From Azolla caroliniana (Eukaryota > Plantae > Polypodiophyta), in NCBI GenBank assembly GCA_043228905.1, contig JBHGNT010000011.1, positions 8,432,001-8,496,000 of the forward strand: a stretch of DNA of 64,000 nt, written 5' to 3'. Below the pieces are notes generated by a model. That model was not told where the DNA came from and made no database searches. It saw nothing but the letters and a program-made list of their open reading frames with translations. A program made the position numbers and the translations under genes. Positions 20,945 through 34,600 of this stretch are shown in pieces (the stretch's first letter is position 1; each line of letters starts with the position of its first letter).

Positions 20945-23900
20945 ATGATGGTGCTGAATGCGCAGAACTACGTCGACTGGAAGATAAAGATGGAGGATCT
21001 GCTCATTGTTCGGGACCTGTATGAACCGATCGACAGGTCGGAAATACCCAAGGGGGTACTTGAGACGGAATGGAGGCTTCTGAATTGGAAAGCCGTTGCA
21101 ACCATTCGGCAATACGTCGACGTGAGCGTTCTACAACATGTGGCGAACGACACCAACGCATATGAGATGTGGCAGAAGCTGTCGGGCCTCTACGAGAGGA
21201 AGAATGCGTTGAACCGGACCTCCCTGATGAGGAAGATAGTGAACCTCAAGTACCGGGACGGCGAGAGTATGGTGGAACACGTAAGCACGTTCATGGGATT
21301 CGTGAACCAGCTTGCGGCGATCAAGTTCCCGTTGGAGGATGCAATGCAAGCCATCATGCTGATGTGTACATTGCCGGAAAGCTGGGAGAACTTGGTGGTG
21401 ACTCTCAGCACCTCCTGCATCGAAGATAACTTGTCCCTACAAACGGTAAAGACAAGCATTTTGAACGAAGAAGCGCGTCGGAGAGATAAAGAACCGGCCT
21501 CCGATCCGAAGATGCTGCTTACCGAATCGGATCGGGGAAGACAACGGAACCGAAGTCCGCAAAGACGGGCGAAGTCGGGGACCCGGTCGCAGTCAAGAGG
21601 AAGGCCCACATGCTTCCACTGTGGGAAGCCGGGGCACTTCCGGAAGAATTGTCGGCATTACCGAAAAGACAATGGAGCCGACGACACCGATTCGAAGAAG
21701 TCTTCGGAACGGAACAGTGCTTACCGGGGAGCCACGGACCGGAATGGTTCGGATCGGCGAGGGCAGGACCGGAAAGGAACGACGGCACTCGCGGCAAGTG
21801 AAGAGGAGATCATGCTCATCACCGAAGAAGGTGAACTAAACATTGCCGGCGATGAGACTACCTGGGTGGTCGATTCGGAGCGTCGTTCCACCTGACCCCG
21901 GAAAGAAGATACTTCTCATCCTACACAGCCGGTGAGCATGGCTGTGTTCGGATGGGAAATGAAGGTACGTGCCGGATTGCCGGCATAGGAGACGTGTGGT
22001 TGACAACCTCGACCGGATGCAAAATGTTGCTGAAGGATGTCCGACACGTTCCGGAGGTTCGATTGAACCTGATTTCGGCCGGGAGGCTAGACGATGAAGG
22101 CTACACAGGTAGCATCCGGAACTGCGTAATGAAGTTCAGCAAGGGGAGCCTGATAGTGGCTCGGGCCCGGAAAGTCAACACGTTGTACCTTATGAATGCC
22201 TGGTTGTGTCTGGAGGAGTTGAACGTGGCAGCCGACACTGCCGGTGAGCTGTGGCACAAGAGACTGTGCCACATGAGTGAGAAGGGGATGAAGAGGCTTG
22301 CAGAAGACAACCTTATTCCAGTGAAGCATGTGCACCTGGAGAAGTGCACCGATTGCCTGGCCGGTAAGCAGAACCGAACCTCCTTCCACTCAAGGCCACC
22401 AACGAGACGTAGCGCACCATTGGAGTTGGTGCACACTGACGTGTGCCAAGTAGAAACGGAGTCACATGGCGGAGCCCAGTACTTCGTGACATTCATTGAT
22501 GACCACAGCCGGAAGCTGTGGACGGCACCGTTGAAGAAAAAGGACAAAGTGTTGTGCGTCTTCAAAGAACTCCACGCGAGAGTGGAAAGGGAATCCGGCA
22601 AGAAGCTGAAAGCGATACGAGCGGATAACGGAGGGGAATACCGGGGGCAGTTCGAGAAGTACTGTCGCTCGAAGGGAATCCGGCTCGAGTTTACTGTGCC
22701 GAAGACGCCGGAACTGAACGGGCTGGCCGAGAGGATGAACCGGACCATAATGGAGAGGGTCCGGAGTATGCTGGCGCATGCGAAATTACCCAAGGGGTTT
22801 TGGGCTGAGGCAATGTCGACGGCGACATACGTGATAAACAGATCACCCTCAGTACCTTTGGACGGAGACACGCCGCAGAGAGTGTGGACCGGTAGGGAAG
22901 TATCCTACCGGCATCTGAAGGTGTTCAGGTGTCTCGCATATGTGCATGTGGCAAAGGACCGGAGAGGAAAGCTAGATCCAAAGACCCGGCCATGCATATT
23001 CCTCGGTTACGGCGATGACGAGTTCGGCTACCGAGTATGGGACCCGGTCGACAAGAAGATATTCCGGAGTCGTGATATCATCTTCATGGAGGACAAGACA
23101 CTCGCCGACTGGGAGTCGGAGAAGAAGATGAAGAGCTCCAAGTCGACCGGTGAGGATCAACTCTACGAGGAGCAGTCCCGACCGGCAAGGGACCGGTTAG
23201 CACTCGAGGATCCGGCCGAAGACGGTGAAGAAACAGAACCGGCCGAGGAAGATGAAACTGATACCGGAACCGGCCCCGATCCTGAAATGGATTCGGATGA
23301 AGAGGAAACGGAGGAGCCGGTTACCGAAGCTCCGGAACGGAGATATCCTCTAAGAGAGAGAAGGGCCCCCCGGAGATTTCCGGAACCAGAGCACGTGCTG
23401 CTAACCGACGAGGGGGAGCCGGAGAGTTTTGAAGAAGCAAAGCTTGACACCCATAGCCGCAGGTGGTTAAGTGCCATGCAGGAGGAGATGGATTCCCTGC
23501 ATGAGAACCACACATATGAACTTGTGGAGTTGCCGAAAGGAAAGCGGGCACTTCGAAACAAGTGGGTGTTCAAGCTGAAATCGGGAGATGCCGGAAACCC
23601 CCCGAGATACAAAGCCAGGATCGTGGTGAAGGGGTTCCAGCAGAAGAAGGGCGTCGACTTCGACGAGATATTTGCCCCGGTAGTGAAGATGACCTCCATC
23701 CGGACGGTGCTGAGCATAGCGGCAAGCATGGACTTCGAGGTAGAACAGATGGCGTGAAGACGGCATTCCTTCACGGTGACCTCGAAGAAGAGATCTACAT
23801 GCAGCAACCGGAAGGATTCGAGAAGAAAGGGAAGGAGCACCTGGTATGCCGGTTGAAGAAGAGCCTTTACGGACTGAAGCAGGCTCCCCGGCAATGGTAC

Positions 23901-24986
23901 CGGAAGTTCGACTCTTTCATGACCGACGAAGGGTACCACAAAACGCAGTCCGATCTTTGCGTGTTTGTGAAGAAGTTTGAAGGAGGAGACTTTCTAATAC
24001 TCCTCCTGTACGTGGACGACATGTTGATCGTCGGACGGGACCAGGTCAAGATACGGATGCTGAAGAAAGCGCTTCACCGAACCTTCTCAATGAAGGACCT
24101 GGGTCCGGCGAGGCAAATACTAGGGATGCACATCATCCGGGACCGGAAGAAGAAGCAGTTGTGGCTGTCACAGGAGAAGTACGTGACAAAGGTGCTTCAC
24201 CGGTTCAACATGTCGTAAGCAAGACCGGTCGGGTCAACCCTCCCGGCAAACTGCAAGTTGTCCAGCAAGCAAAGCCCCAAGACAAAGGCTGAGAAGGAGG
24301 ACATGATGAAAGTACCATATGCCTCTGCCGTCGGAAGCTTGATGTACGCAATGGTGTGTACAAGACCGGACATAGGATATGCAGTCGGAGTGGTGAGCCG
24401 GTACATGAGCAATCCCGGCAAAGAGCACTGGAACGCGGTCAAGTGGATACTCCGATACCTGAAGGGCACGGCAAACGTGTGCCTCCGATTCGGCTCCGGT
24501 AAGCCCGAACTCGACGGCTTTACCGATTCGGATATGTCGGCTGATGCAGATACCAGCCGGTCCACATCAGGGTATGTGATGACGTATGCAGGGGGAGCTG
24601 TTTCGTGGCAGTCGAGGCTGCAGAAGACGGTTGCGTTGTCAACCACGGAGGCGGAGTACATGGCGGCTGTTGAAGCCGGCAAGGAAATAATATGGATGAA
24701 GGACTTCATTAGAGAGCTCGGTATCCGGCAGGAGGAGTACCGACTCTACTGCGATAGTCAGAGTGCCATCCACCTTGCGAAGAACGCGGCCTATCACTCC
24801 CGAACGAAGCACATCCAGCGAAGATATCACTGGATCCGGGAAAGGATAGAAGACCAGGAGTTCGTGCTGACGAAGATCCACACGGACGAGAACGGGTCAG
24901 ATATGCTGACCAAAGTGCTCACACCCGACAAGCTGGAAGCGTGCCGGAAGAGGGTCGGACTGGAAAGACATCCCATGCCGAAGTGA
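20945..24986 (+). pseudogene. pol: E gag-pol (two frameshifts and one stop)
   Basis: ORFs 20945-21895 (Gag, CFHCGKPGH), 21952-23757 (IN, RT start), up to 24218 (LLYVDDML) and 24258-24986 (RNH). Confidence 0.93.
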
Positions 24987-25838
24987 AGGGGGAGTTTGTT
25001 GGGATTACGGTCCCTCCGGATGGGATGGTCAGATGTCCGGTAATCGGGAATGAAGACCCGAATGAGGAGTACCCGGTATCGGAACCGGATGATGAAGACC
25101 CGGTTTCGGATCCGGATGATGAAGACCCGGTTTCGGATCCGGATGATGAAGACCCCGGCTACGGAGCCGGATGACGAATGTACCCGGAGAGAGATCCGGA
25201 TGCGGGGACATATTTGTGAATATGTTTGCCAAGGGCCCTCGAGGCTATATTTGTAAATAGCCCAAAAGTCATATGTGTATAAATATGACTTAGGGCAAAC
25301 AGTTTTGTTGTTGTTGCTCATTTTTCTGTTTTCCACTTAGAGGGAGCGAAGTGAGAGCAACCGAGAGAGAGAGTGAGAGAGAGACAGAAAGGAAGAGGTC
25401 AACGCCTCTGTGTAACACCGCCGCCTGTGGCGAGGACAGCGAGCTCAAGGTCGTCGCCTTGCAGCTCGCCATTGTACATTCCCTGCGTATAGTGATAGTT
25501 GGAGTCTTGCACTCCCGTGGTTTTTCCCGTCTAGGGTTTTCCACACTAAACCCTGTGCATTCGAGTCTCTCTTTGTGTTTTTCGAAAGCGTCAAACCCTA
25601 ACAGAATGGTCATGAATTACGCATCGAATTCTGACTATGACGATCATAGCGGAATGTTCATGATGAGGCACAAAGCGCACTCAATGGCAACCCAAGGTGA
25701 AACAAGCATCACGCCCGCAAAGAATGTATGGTTTTTTGACTCGGGAGCATCCAACCACATGACGTCTCATGAAGATTGGTTTCGGGAATTACATAAACCT
25801 AAATGTCTCGGATATGTCGAGACAGGCGATGACACGAC

Positions 25839-28800
25839 TGACGGGAACTGCATGGTCCCTATACGCAACACTCGGCCACAACCAAGCTTAGAATCATACA
25901 CAGAAAATGGGAAATGAAACGCACGACACAAAGAAGAGAAGAGTATACAGGATGTTTACGTGGAAAACCCAAACTAGGGAAAAACCACGGCAGCCCACAG
26001 GCTGCAAACTATCACTATGCTAGAATGTACAACAGTGAGTTCATGGAGGCAACGACCTCGTGCTCACAATCTTCGCCACAGGCGGCAGTTACAACAAAGG
26101 CAGCGACCTCTTCCTCTCTCCCTTCCTCTCTGTACACTGTTACGCGCTATATTCTTGTGCAAAAGCAAAAATGACAACAACAACTAAAAGTTTGCCCTAA
26201 GTCATATTTATACTAATATGACTTTTCGGCTCTTTAAAAATATAGCCTCTATGGACTCTCAGAAACATATTTACGAATATGTCTCTTCATCGGTGAGCAC
26301 TCCTCACCGGGTCTTCACCATCCGGCTCTCCGTAGCCGGGTACTCCTCATCCGGTTCTCACCGGGTCTGCACCATCCGACTCTCCGTAGCCGGGTACTCC
26401 TCATCCGGTTCTCACCGGGTCTGCACCATCCGGCTCTCCGTAGCCGGGTACACTCCTCATCCGGTTCTCAACAACACTGTTCTCCTCGCTTCCCATCCGG
26501 AGGGACCTGTCTCCCAACAAACTTCTTCACAAACACGCAGTGATCGGCCTGCGTCTTGTGGTACCCTTGATTGGCCATGAAGGAATCGAACTTCCGGTAC
26601 CATTGCCGGGGGCCCTGCTTCAACCCGTAGAGGCTCTTCTTCAACCGGCATACCAGGTTCTCCTTCCCTTTCTCCACAAATCCGTTTGGTTGCTGCATGT
26701 AGATCTCCTCTTCGAGGTCGCCGTGAAGGAATGTCCAACTGTTCTACCTCGAGGTCCATGCTTGCCGCTATACTCAGCACCGTTCGGATGGAGGTCATCT
26801 TTACTAACGGGCCAAATATCTCGTCAAAATCCATGCCCTTTTTCTGCTGGAACCCCTTCACCACGATCCTGGCTTTGTATCTCGGGGGGTTGCCGGCATC
26901 TCCCGGTTTCAACTTGTACACCCACTTGTTTCGGAGTGCCCGCTTTCCTTTCGGCAACTCCACCAATTTGTACGTATGGTTCTCATGCAGGGAATCCATC
27001 TCATCCTGCATGGCACTTAACCATTTGCGGCTATGGGTGTCATCCTTCGCTTCTTCGAAGCTTTCCGGCTCCCCCTCATCGGTGAGCAGAACATGCTCTG
27101 CATCCGGAAATCTCCGGGGCGCCCTTCTCTCTCTGAGAGGATATCTCCATTTTCGGGCTTCGGTAACTGGCTCCTCCATTTGCTCTTCATCCGAATCCGA
27201 TTCGGGATCTTGGCCGGTTCCGGTTTTAGTTTCCTCTACGTCTCCTTCAGTCTGTTCGGTATCCTCACCGTAACCGGCTGGTCCCTCGAGTGCTAACCGG
27301 TCTCTTGCCAGTTGGATCTGCTCATCGTAGAGTCGATCCTTACCGGTTGACTCGGAGTTCATTATCTTCTTCTCTGACTCCCAGTCGGCGAGCGTCTTGT
27401 CCTCCATGCAGATAATATCTCGACTCCGGAATACCTTCTTGTCGACCAGGTCCCACACTCGGTAGCCGAAGTCATCGTCACCGTAACCGAGGAATATGCA
27501 TGGCCGGGTCTTTGGATCTCACTTTCCTCTCCGGTCCTTAGCTACATGCACGTACGCGAGACACCCGAACACCTTCAGATGCTGGTAGGATACTTCCTTA
27601 CCGGTCCATAGTCTCTGAGGCATGTCTCCGTCCAAGGGTACCGAGGGTGATCTATTTATCACATATGTCGCCGTCGACAATGCCTCAGCCCAAAACTTCT
27701 TGGGTAGTTTTGGATGCGCTAGCATAGTCCGGACCCTCCCCATTATGGTCTGGTTCATCCTCTCGGCCAATCCGTTTAGTTCCAGCGTCTTCGACACGGT
27801 AAATTCGAGCCGGATTCCCATCGAGCGGCAATACTCCTCGAACTGCCCCCGGTATTCTCCTCCGTTATCTGCTCGAACCGCCTTCAGCTTCCAGCCAGTT
27901 TCTCTTTCCACTCTCGTGTGGAGCTCTTTGAAGACGGATAGCACCTGATCCTTCGTCTTCAACGGTGTGGCCCACAGCTTCCGGTTGTGGTCATCTATGA
28001 ATGTCAAGAAGTACTGCGCTCCAGCATGTGACTTCGTGTCTACTTGACACACATCCGTATGCACCAACTCCAGTGGTGCATTACGTCTCATCGGTGGCCT
28101 TGGTCGGAAGGAGGTCAGACAATCAGTGCACTTGTCCAAGTGCATGTTCTTCAGTGGAATGAGGTTGTCGTCTGCAAGCCTCTTCATCCCCTTCTCGCTC
28201 ATATGACACAGCCTCTTGTGCCACAGCTCACCGGCAGTGTCGGATGCCACGTTCACTTCTTCCGGACATAATCGGGCATTCATCAGGTACAACGTGTTGA
28301 CCTTCCGGGCCCGAGCCACAATCAGGCTCCCTTCGCTGAACTTCATGACACAGTTCCGGATGCTACCCATGTAGCCTTCATCATCTAACCGACCGGCTGA
28401 TATCAGGTTCAGACGAACCTCCGGAACGTGTCGGACATCCTTCAGCAACAACTTGCATCCGGTTGGTGTTGTCAGCCACACGTCTCCTATGCCGACAATT
28501 CGGCATGTACCTTCATTCCCCATCCGGACACATCCGTGATCACCGACTGCGTAGAATGAGAAGCATTTCCGGTCTGGAGTAAGGTGGAACGACGCTCCGG
28601 AGTCTACCACCCAGGTCATCTCGTCGCCGGCAAGGTTTATCTCACTCTCCTCGGTGATGAGCATCAACTCTTCTTCACTTGCCGCGATTGCCGTCGTTCC
28701 CTTCCGGTCCAACCCCCTCCGGTCTTTACCGTTCCGGTCCGGGGTCCGCTTCGAATCGGTACCGTCGGTTTCCTTGTCTTATCGGAAATGCCGACAGTTC

Positions 28801-30114
28801 TTTTGGAAGTGTCCCGGCTTGCCGCAATAGAAGCAAGTAGGCCTCCCCCTTGACTTTGACCGTGTCCCCGACTTCTCCCGATTCTGGGGACTACGGTTTC
28901 TATGTCTTCCGCGTTTTGATTCGGTAAGGAGAGCTTTGGAGTTGGAGCTCGTATCTTTATCTTTCTGACGCGCCTCCTCATCTAGCAAGCTCGACTTTAC
29001 TCTTGCTAGGGATAACCGCTTTCCTTCCGGCCCGGCGTTGCCCAAAGTGACAACCAACATCTCCCAGCTATTCGGGAGGGAACCGAGCAGGAGTAGCGCT
29101 AGTACCTCATCGGCGAGAGGTACTTCCAATGAAGTTGCCTGGTGTATCAGCCCCTGGAAGGCATTCATGTGCTCCACCATGCTGGAGCCATCTTGGTACT
29201 GGAGTCTTACTAGCTTGCGGAATACCGAAACCTGATTAACAGAATTTTTGTTCTGAAACATAATGTCGATCTTCTCCCAGAGCTCATGAGCCTTGCTCTC
29301 TTCATTGAAGTTGTTGTATAGGTTCATGTCGATGAAGCACCGTATGTACGCCGTTGTCTTCATGTGCATCACCTCCCATACCGTGGCATCTATTTTGTCC
29401 GGTCTCTTGTCCCCAAACTGAACCAGCAACCAAAGATCTTTAACCACGAGCATGTCCCTCATCTTCGACTTCCATACCGAATAGTTGGAGCCGGTGAGCT
29501 TGAACATGCCTCCTAACGAATCATCCATTTTCTGTGTCGTTTCGCTTTGATACCACTTGACGGGAACTGCACGCTCCCTATACGCAACGCTCGGCCACAA
29601 CCGAGCTTAGAATCATACACAGAAAATGGGAAATGAAACGCACGACACAAAGAAGAGAAGAGTACACAGGATGTTTACGTGGAAAACCCAAACTAGGGAA
29701 AAACCACGGCAGCCCACAGGCTGCAAACTATCACTATGCTAGAATGTACAACAGTGAGTTCACGGAGGCAACGACCTCGTGCTCACGATCTTCGCCACAG
29801 GTGGCGGTTACAACAGAGGCAGCGACCTCTTCCTCTCTCCCTTCCTCTCTGTATACTGTTATGCGCTATATTCTTGTGCAAAAGCAAAAACGACAACAAC
29901 AACTAAAAGTTTGCCCTAAGTCATATTTATACTAATATAACTTTTCGGCTATTTACAAATATAGCCTCTATGGACTCTCAGAAACATATTTACGAATATG
30001 TCTCTTCATCTGGTGAGCACTCCTCACCGGATCTCCGTAGCCGGGTACTCCTCATCCGGTTCTCAACAACACTGTTCTCCTCCCTTCCCATCCGGAGGGA
30101 CCTGTCTCCCAACA
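25839..30114 (-). mobile_element. Tork/Tnt1-like Copia element F (RT C-terminus, RNH and PPT deleted)
   Basis: TSD ACGAC at 25834-25838 and 30115-30119. LTRs 25839-26519 and 29558-30114. PBS TGGTATCAAAGC at 29544-29555 (minus). Gag ORF 28779-29600, PR-IN ORF 27519-28712, RT start 26457-27458. Confidence 0.95.
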
Positions 30115-31654
30115 ACGACTTATCCAATACAACATATTGGGAACGTCCCATTCGGAAACAATGGCAAACAAACCTGCCTCAATAACGTACTCCATGTTCC
30201 GACTATCACGAAAAACTTGGTCTCAGTCAACCAGATTGTCGAACAAGGAATGCAAGTATGATTCAACAATGATGGGCGCTTTATCGAAAGAGGAGATCGA
30301 GTTGTAGCTCACGGCCATCGTGAAGGCCGTATGTTTGTCATCGGATCGAATGAGGTAAAATCGTCCATGTTTGCAAAGGGCCTCAAAGTCGAAGCCAACC
30401 TAAACTTGTGGCACAAGAGAATTGGTCACATCAATCTCCAGAAGCTTCAGAACATGCAATCGAAAGGAGTCTTAATCGGACTCCCGAACTTTACCACAAA
30501 GGAGATTATGGGCGTATGCGAAGCGTACCAATTCAGAAAGCAACGCTGACATCCATTCCCGAAAGAGCGGAATGTGAGCAAAGGCATCTTGGATGTTGTA
30601 CATTCAGATGTATGGGGGCCGGCCTAGACAACCACACTCGGCGGATGCCAATATTATGTCATGTTCATCAACAACTTCTCCAAGCACACCTCAATCTACC
30701 CGATGAGACAAAAGAGTGAAGTGTTCGGACACTTCTAGAGGTTCAAAGCAGAAGTTGAAAAAACTATGGGTCGGCACGTACATTGCCTTCGATAAGATGG
30801 AGGCAAAGAATATTTCTCGGATGATTTTATGCGTATCTCCGAAAGGAAGGAATGCGATGAGAATTTTCATGCCATCACACACCTCAGCAAAACAGCATAG
30901 CCGAGTAGAAGAAATGGCACATAGTAGAGGTTGCACGGGCAATGATGAACGAGAAGAACCTACCGAAATCATATTGGGTAGAAGCGGCGAACACGGCCGT
31001 ATACCTCATGAACAGGTGCATAACCTCGGGAGTACACGACGCAACCCCCCTTGAGAAGTTTCTTGGTAAGAAGCCGGACTTATCACATGTTCGTATTTTC
31101 GGCTCAATCACTTATTCTCGATGATACGCGACAAAAGCTCGACACGAAGTCAGAGAAATGTATCCTCGTAGGGTACTCACTCGAACAGAAGGGGTACAAA
31201 TGCTACAATCCATCTACCTGAAAAGTTCGAACAAGCCGAGATGTCTTTTTCGAGGAGTCCACATCCTGGTATGCACTAGAGACAACTTCGACTCTCACTC
31301 TGCTCAACCCGGAATACGGCAAAATAGAGGCAAAAGCTGAAGATCGACTTACGTGCATGTTTGATGAAATTCCAATCACGACCTGAGTAAGTGGGCCACA
31401 AGAACCTCCGAGTGATCAAAGCACATCTCGGCCGAGTCCAAAGTTGGCCAAAGGGAAGGCGAAAATGCCCGAGTATGAAGACAATCACTTCAATGACAAT
31501 GAATCAACTCACTCCCTCGATAGTGAGTTCAAAGGCCTTGACATCTGGACAAATCGAGCGAAGAATGCCTTAGTATCTGCAAACGAGAAGCTCCGCCAAT
31601 CCACCCGTGAAAAGAACCTCGTAAGCTGATTCGGCTACAACAATTACATGGTGT

Positions 31655-34600
31655 AATATTCCGCATATTTCCTGTCAATCTGGTATTAGAGTGAAATGAC
31701 ACAGAAAAATGGAAGATTCGTTGGGAGGCATGTTCAAGCCTACTAGCTCAAACTACTCAGTGTGGAAGTCGAAGATGAGGGACATGCTCGTGGTTAAAGA
31801 CCTTTGGTTGCCAATTCAGTTTGGGGACAAGAAACTGGACAAGATCGATGCCACGATATGGGAGGTGATGCACATGAAGACAACAACGTACATACGGTGC
31901 TTCATCGACATGAGCCTATACAACAACTTCAATGAAGAGAGTAAGGCTCATGAGCTCTGGGAGAAGATCGGTATTATGTTTCAGAACAAAAATGTTGTTA
32001 ATCGGGTTTCGGTATTTCGGAAGCTAGTAAGACTCCGGTACCAAGATGGCTCCAGCATGGCGGAGCACATAAATGCCTTCCAGGGGCTGATTCACCAGGC
32101 AACATCATTGGAAGTACCTTTCGCCGATGAGGTACTAGCATTGCTCCTGCTCGGTTCCCTCCCAGATAGCTGGGAAACGTTAGTTGTAACTCTGGGCAAC
32201 GCCGGGCTGGAAGGAAACAGTTATCCCTAGCAGGAGTCAAGTCGAGCTTCCTAAATGAGGAGGCGCGTCGGAAAGACAAGGATATGAGCTCCGACTCCAA
32301 AGAACTCCTTACCAAATCAGAACGCGGAAGACAAAGGAACCGAAGTCCCCAGAACCGGGAAAAGTCGAGGAGACAGTCAAAGTCAAGGGGGAGGCCTACT
32401 TGCTTCTATTGCGGCAAGCCGGGGCACTTCCAGAAGACATGTCGGCATTTCCGAAAAGAAAAGCAAACCGATAGTACCGATTCAAAGCGGTCACCGGACC
32501 AGAACAGTAAAGACCGAAGGGGACCGGACCCGAAGGGAACGACGGCAATCGCGGCAAGTGAAGAGGAGTTGATGCTCATCACCGAGGAGAGTGAGTTGAA
32601 CCTTGCCGGCGACGAGACAACGTGGGTTGTCGATTCCGGAGCGTCATTCCACCTTACCCTGGACCAGAAATGCTTCTCATCCTACACGGCCGGTGATCAT
32701 GGTTGTGTCCGGATGGGGAATGAAGGTACATGCTGAATTGTCGGCATAGGAAACGTTTGGTTTACAACACCAACTGGATGCAAGCTGCTACTGAAGGATG
32801 TCCGACACGTTCCGGAGATTCGACTGAACCTGATATCAGTCGGTCGGCTAGATGATGAAAGCTACACGGGTAGCATCCGGAACGGTGTCATGAAGTTCAG
32901 CAAGGGGAGCCTGATAGTTGCTTGGGCCCGGAAGGTCAACACATTGTACTTGATGAATGCACGGTTATGCCCGGAAGAAGTGAACGTTGCTTCCAACACT
33001 GCCGGTGAGCTATGGCACAAGAGATTGTGTCACATGAGCGAGAAGGGGATGAAGAGCTTGCCGATGACAACCTCATTCCGGAGAAGAAAGTGCATCTTGA
33101 GAGGTGCACCGGCTGCCTAGCCGGTAAGCAAAACCGGACCTCCTTCCGATCAAGGCCACCGATGAGACTGGTCGACAAGAAGGTTTTCCAGAGTCGAGAT
33201 ATTATCTTCATGGAGGACAAGACCCTTGCCGACTGGGAGTCGGAGAAGAAGATAATGAACTCCGAGTCCACCAGTAAGGATCAATCCGATGAGATTCGGA
33301 CATGCCCGGCTAAGAGCCGGTTGACACTCGAAGAACCGTCCAGTTACGGTGAGGATACCAAACTGGCAGAAGAAGAAGCCGAAACCAGAACTGGCCAAGA
33401 CCCCAAATCGGATTCGGATGAAGAACAAACAGAGGAGCCGGTTGCTGAAAGCCAAGGGCGCAAATATCCTCTCAGAGAGAGAAGGCCCCCCTAGAGATTT
33501 CCGAATGCAAAACGTGTGTTGCTGACTGATGAGGGGGAGCCAGAAAGCTTCGAAGAAGCTAAGAGAGACACCCACAGCCGCAAGTGGTTGAGTGCCATGT
33601 AGGATGAGAGGGATTCCCTGCATGAGAACCACACGTATGAACTGGTGGACTTGCCGAAAGGAAAGCGGCCACTCCGGAATAAGTGGGTGTACAAGCTGAA
33701 ACCGAGAGATGCTGGTAACCCCCCGAGATACAAAGCCACGATCGTAGTGAAGAGGTTCCAGTAGAAGAAGGGCGTGGACTTCGACGAGATATTTGCCCCG
33801 GTAGTAAAGATGACTTCCATCTGGACGGTGCTGAACATAGCGGCAACCATGGACCTCGAGGTAGAGCAATTAGACGTGAAGACGACATTCCTCCACGGCA
33901 ACCTTGAAAAGGAGATCTACATGCAGTAACCGGAGGGATTTGTGAAGAAAGGGAAGGAGCACTTGGTTTGTCGGTTGAAGAAGAGCCTCTACGGTTTGAA
34001 GCAGGCTCCCGGCAATGGTACTGAAAGTTTGACTCCTTCATGACCAATCAAGGATACCACAAGACGCAGGTTGATCCCTACGTGTTTGTGAAGAAGTTTG
34101 AAGGTAGAGACTTCCTAATACTCCTCCTGTACGTGGACGACATGTTAATCGTCGGACGAGACCAAGTCAAGATACGGACACTGAAGAAGGCTCTGAACCA
34201 GACCTTCTTAATGAAAGTCTTGGATCCGGCAAGACAGATACTGGGGATGCATATCATCCGAGACCGGTCAAAGAAGCAATTGTGGCTGTCACGGGAGAAG
34301 TACGTGACAAAGGTGCTTCACCGGTTCAACATGTCAGATGCGAAACCGGTCGGGTCGACACTTCCGGCTAACTGCAGATTATCCAGTAAGCAAAGCCCGA
34401 AGACAAAAGCAGAGAAGGCGGATATGATGAAGATACCATATGCCTCTGCGTCGGGAGCTTAATGTATACAATGGTGTGTACCCGACTGGATATCGGATAC
34501 GGAGTCAGAGTGGTGAGCCGGTTTATGAGCAATCCCGGGAAGGAGCACTGGAATGTGGTAAAATGGATACTCCGATACTTGAAAGGCACCTCAAGTATGT

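Larger units (their letters stand above)
20358..25603 (+). mobile_element. Young Tork/Tnt1-like Copia element E
   Basis: TSD GAATG at 20353-20357 and 25604-25608. 3' LTR 24997-25603 (607 bp). 5' LTR 20358-20920 lacks its last 44 bp and the PBS. About 4 mismatches over 563 bp. PPT GAAGGGGGAG. Confidence 0.96.

Noticed and set aside
22101-23939. Long antisense ORFs (256 and 258 aa) opposite E pol
   Set aside because: Shadow frames of GC-rich pol with no motifs of their own.
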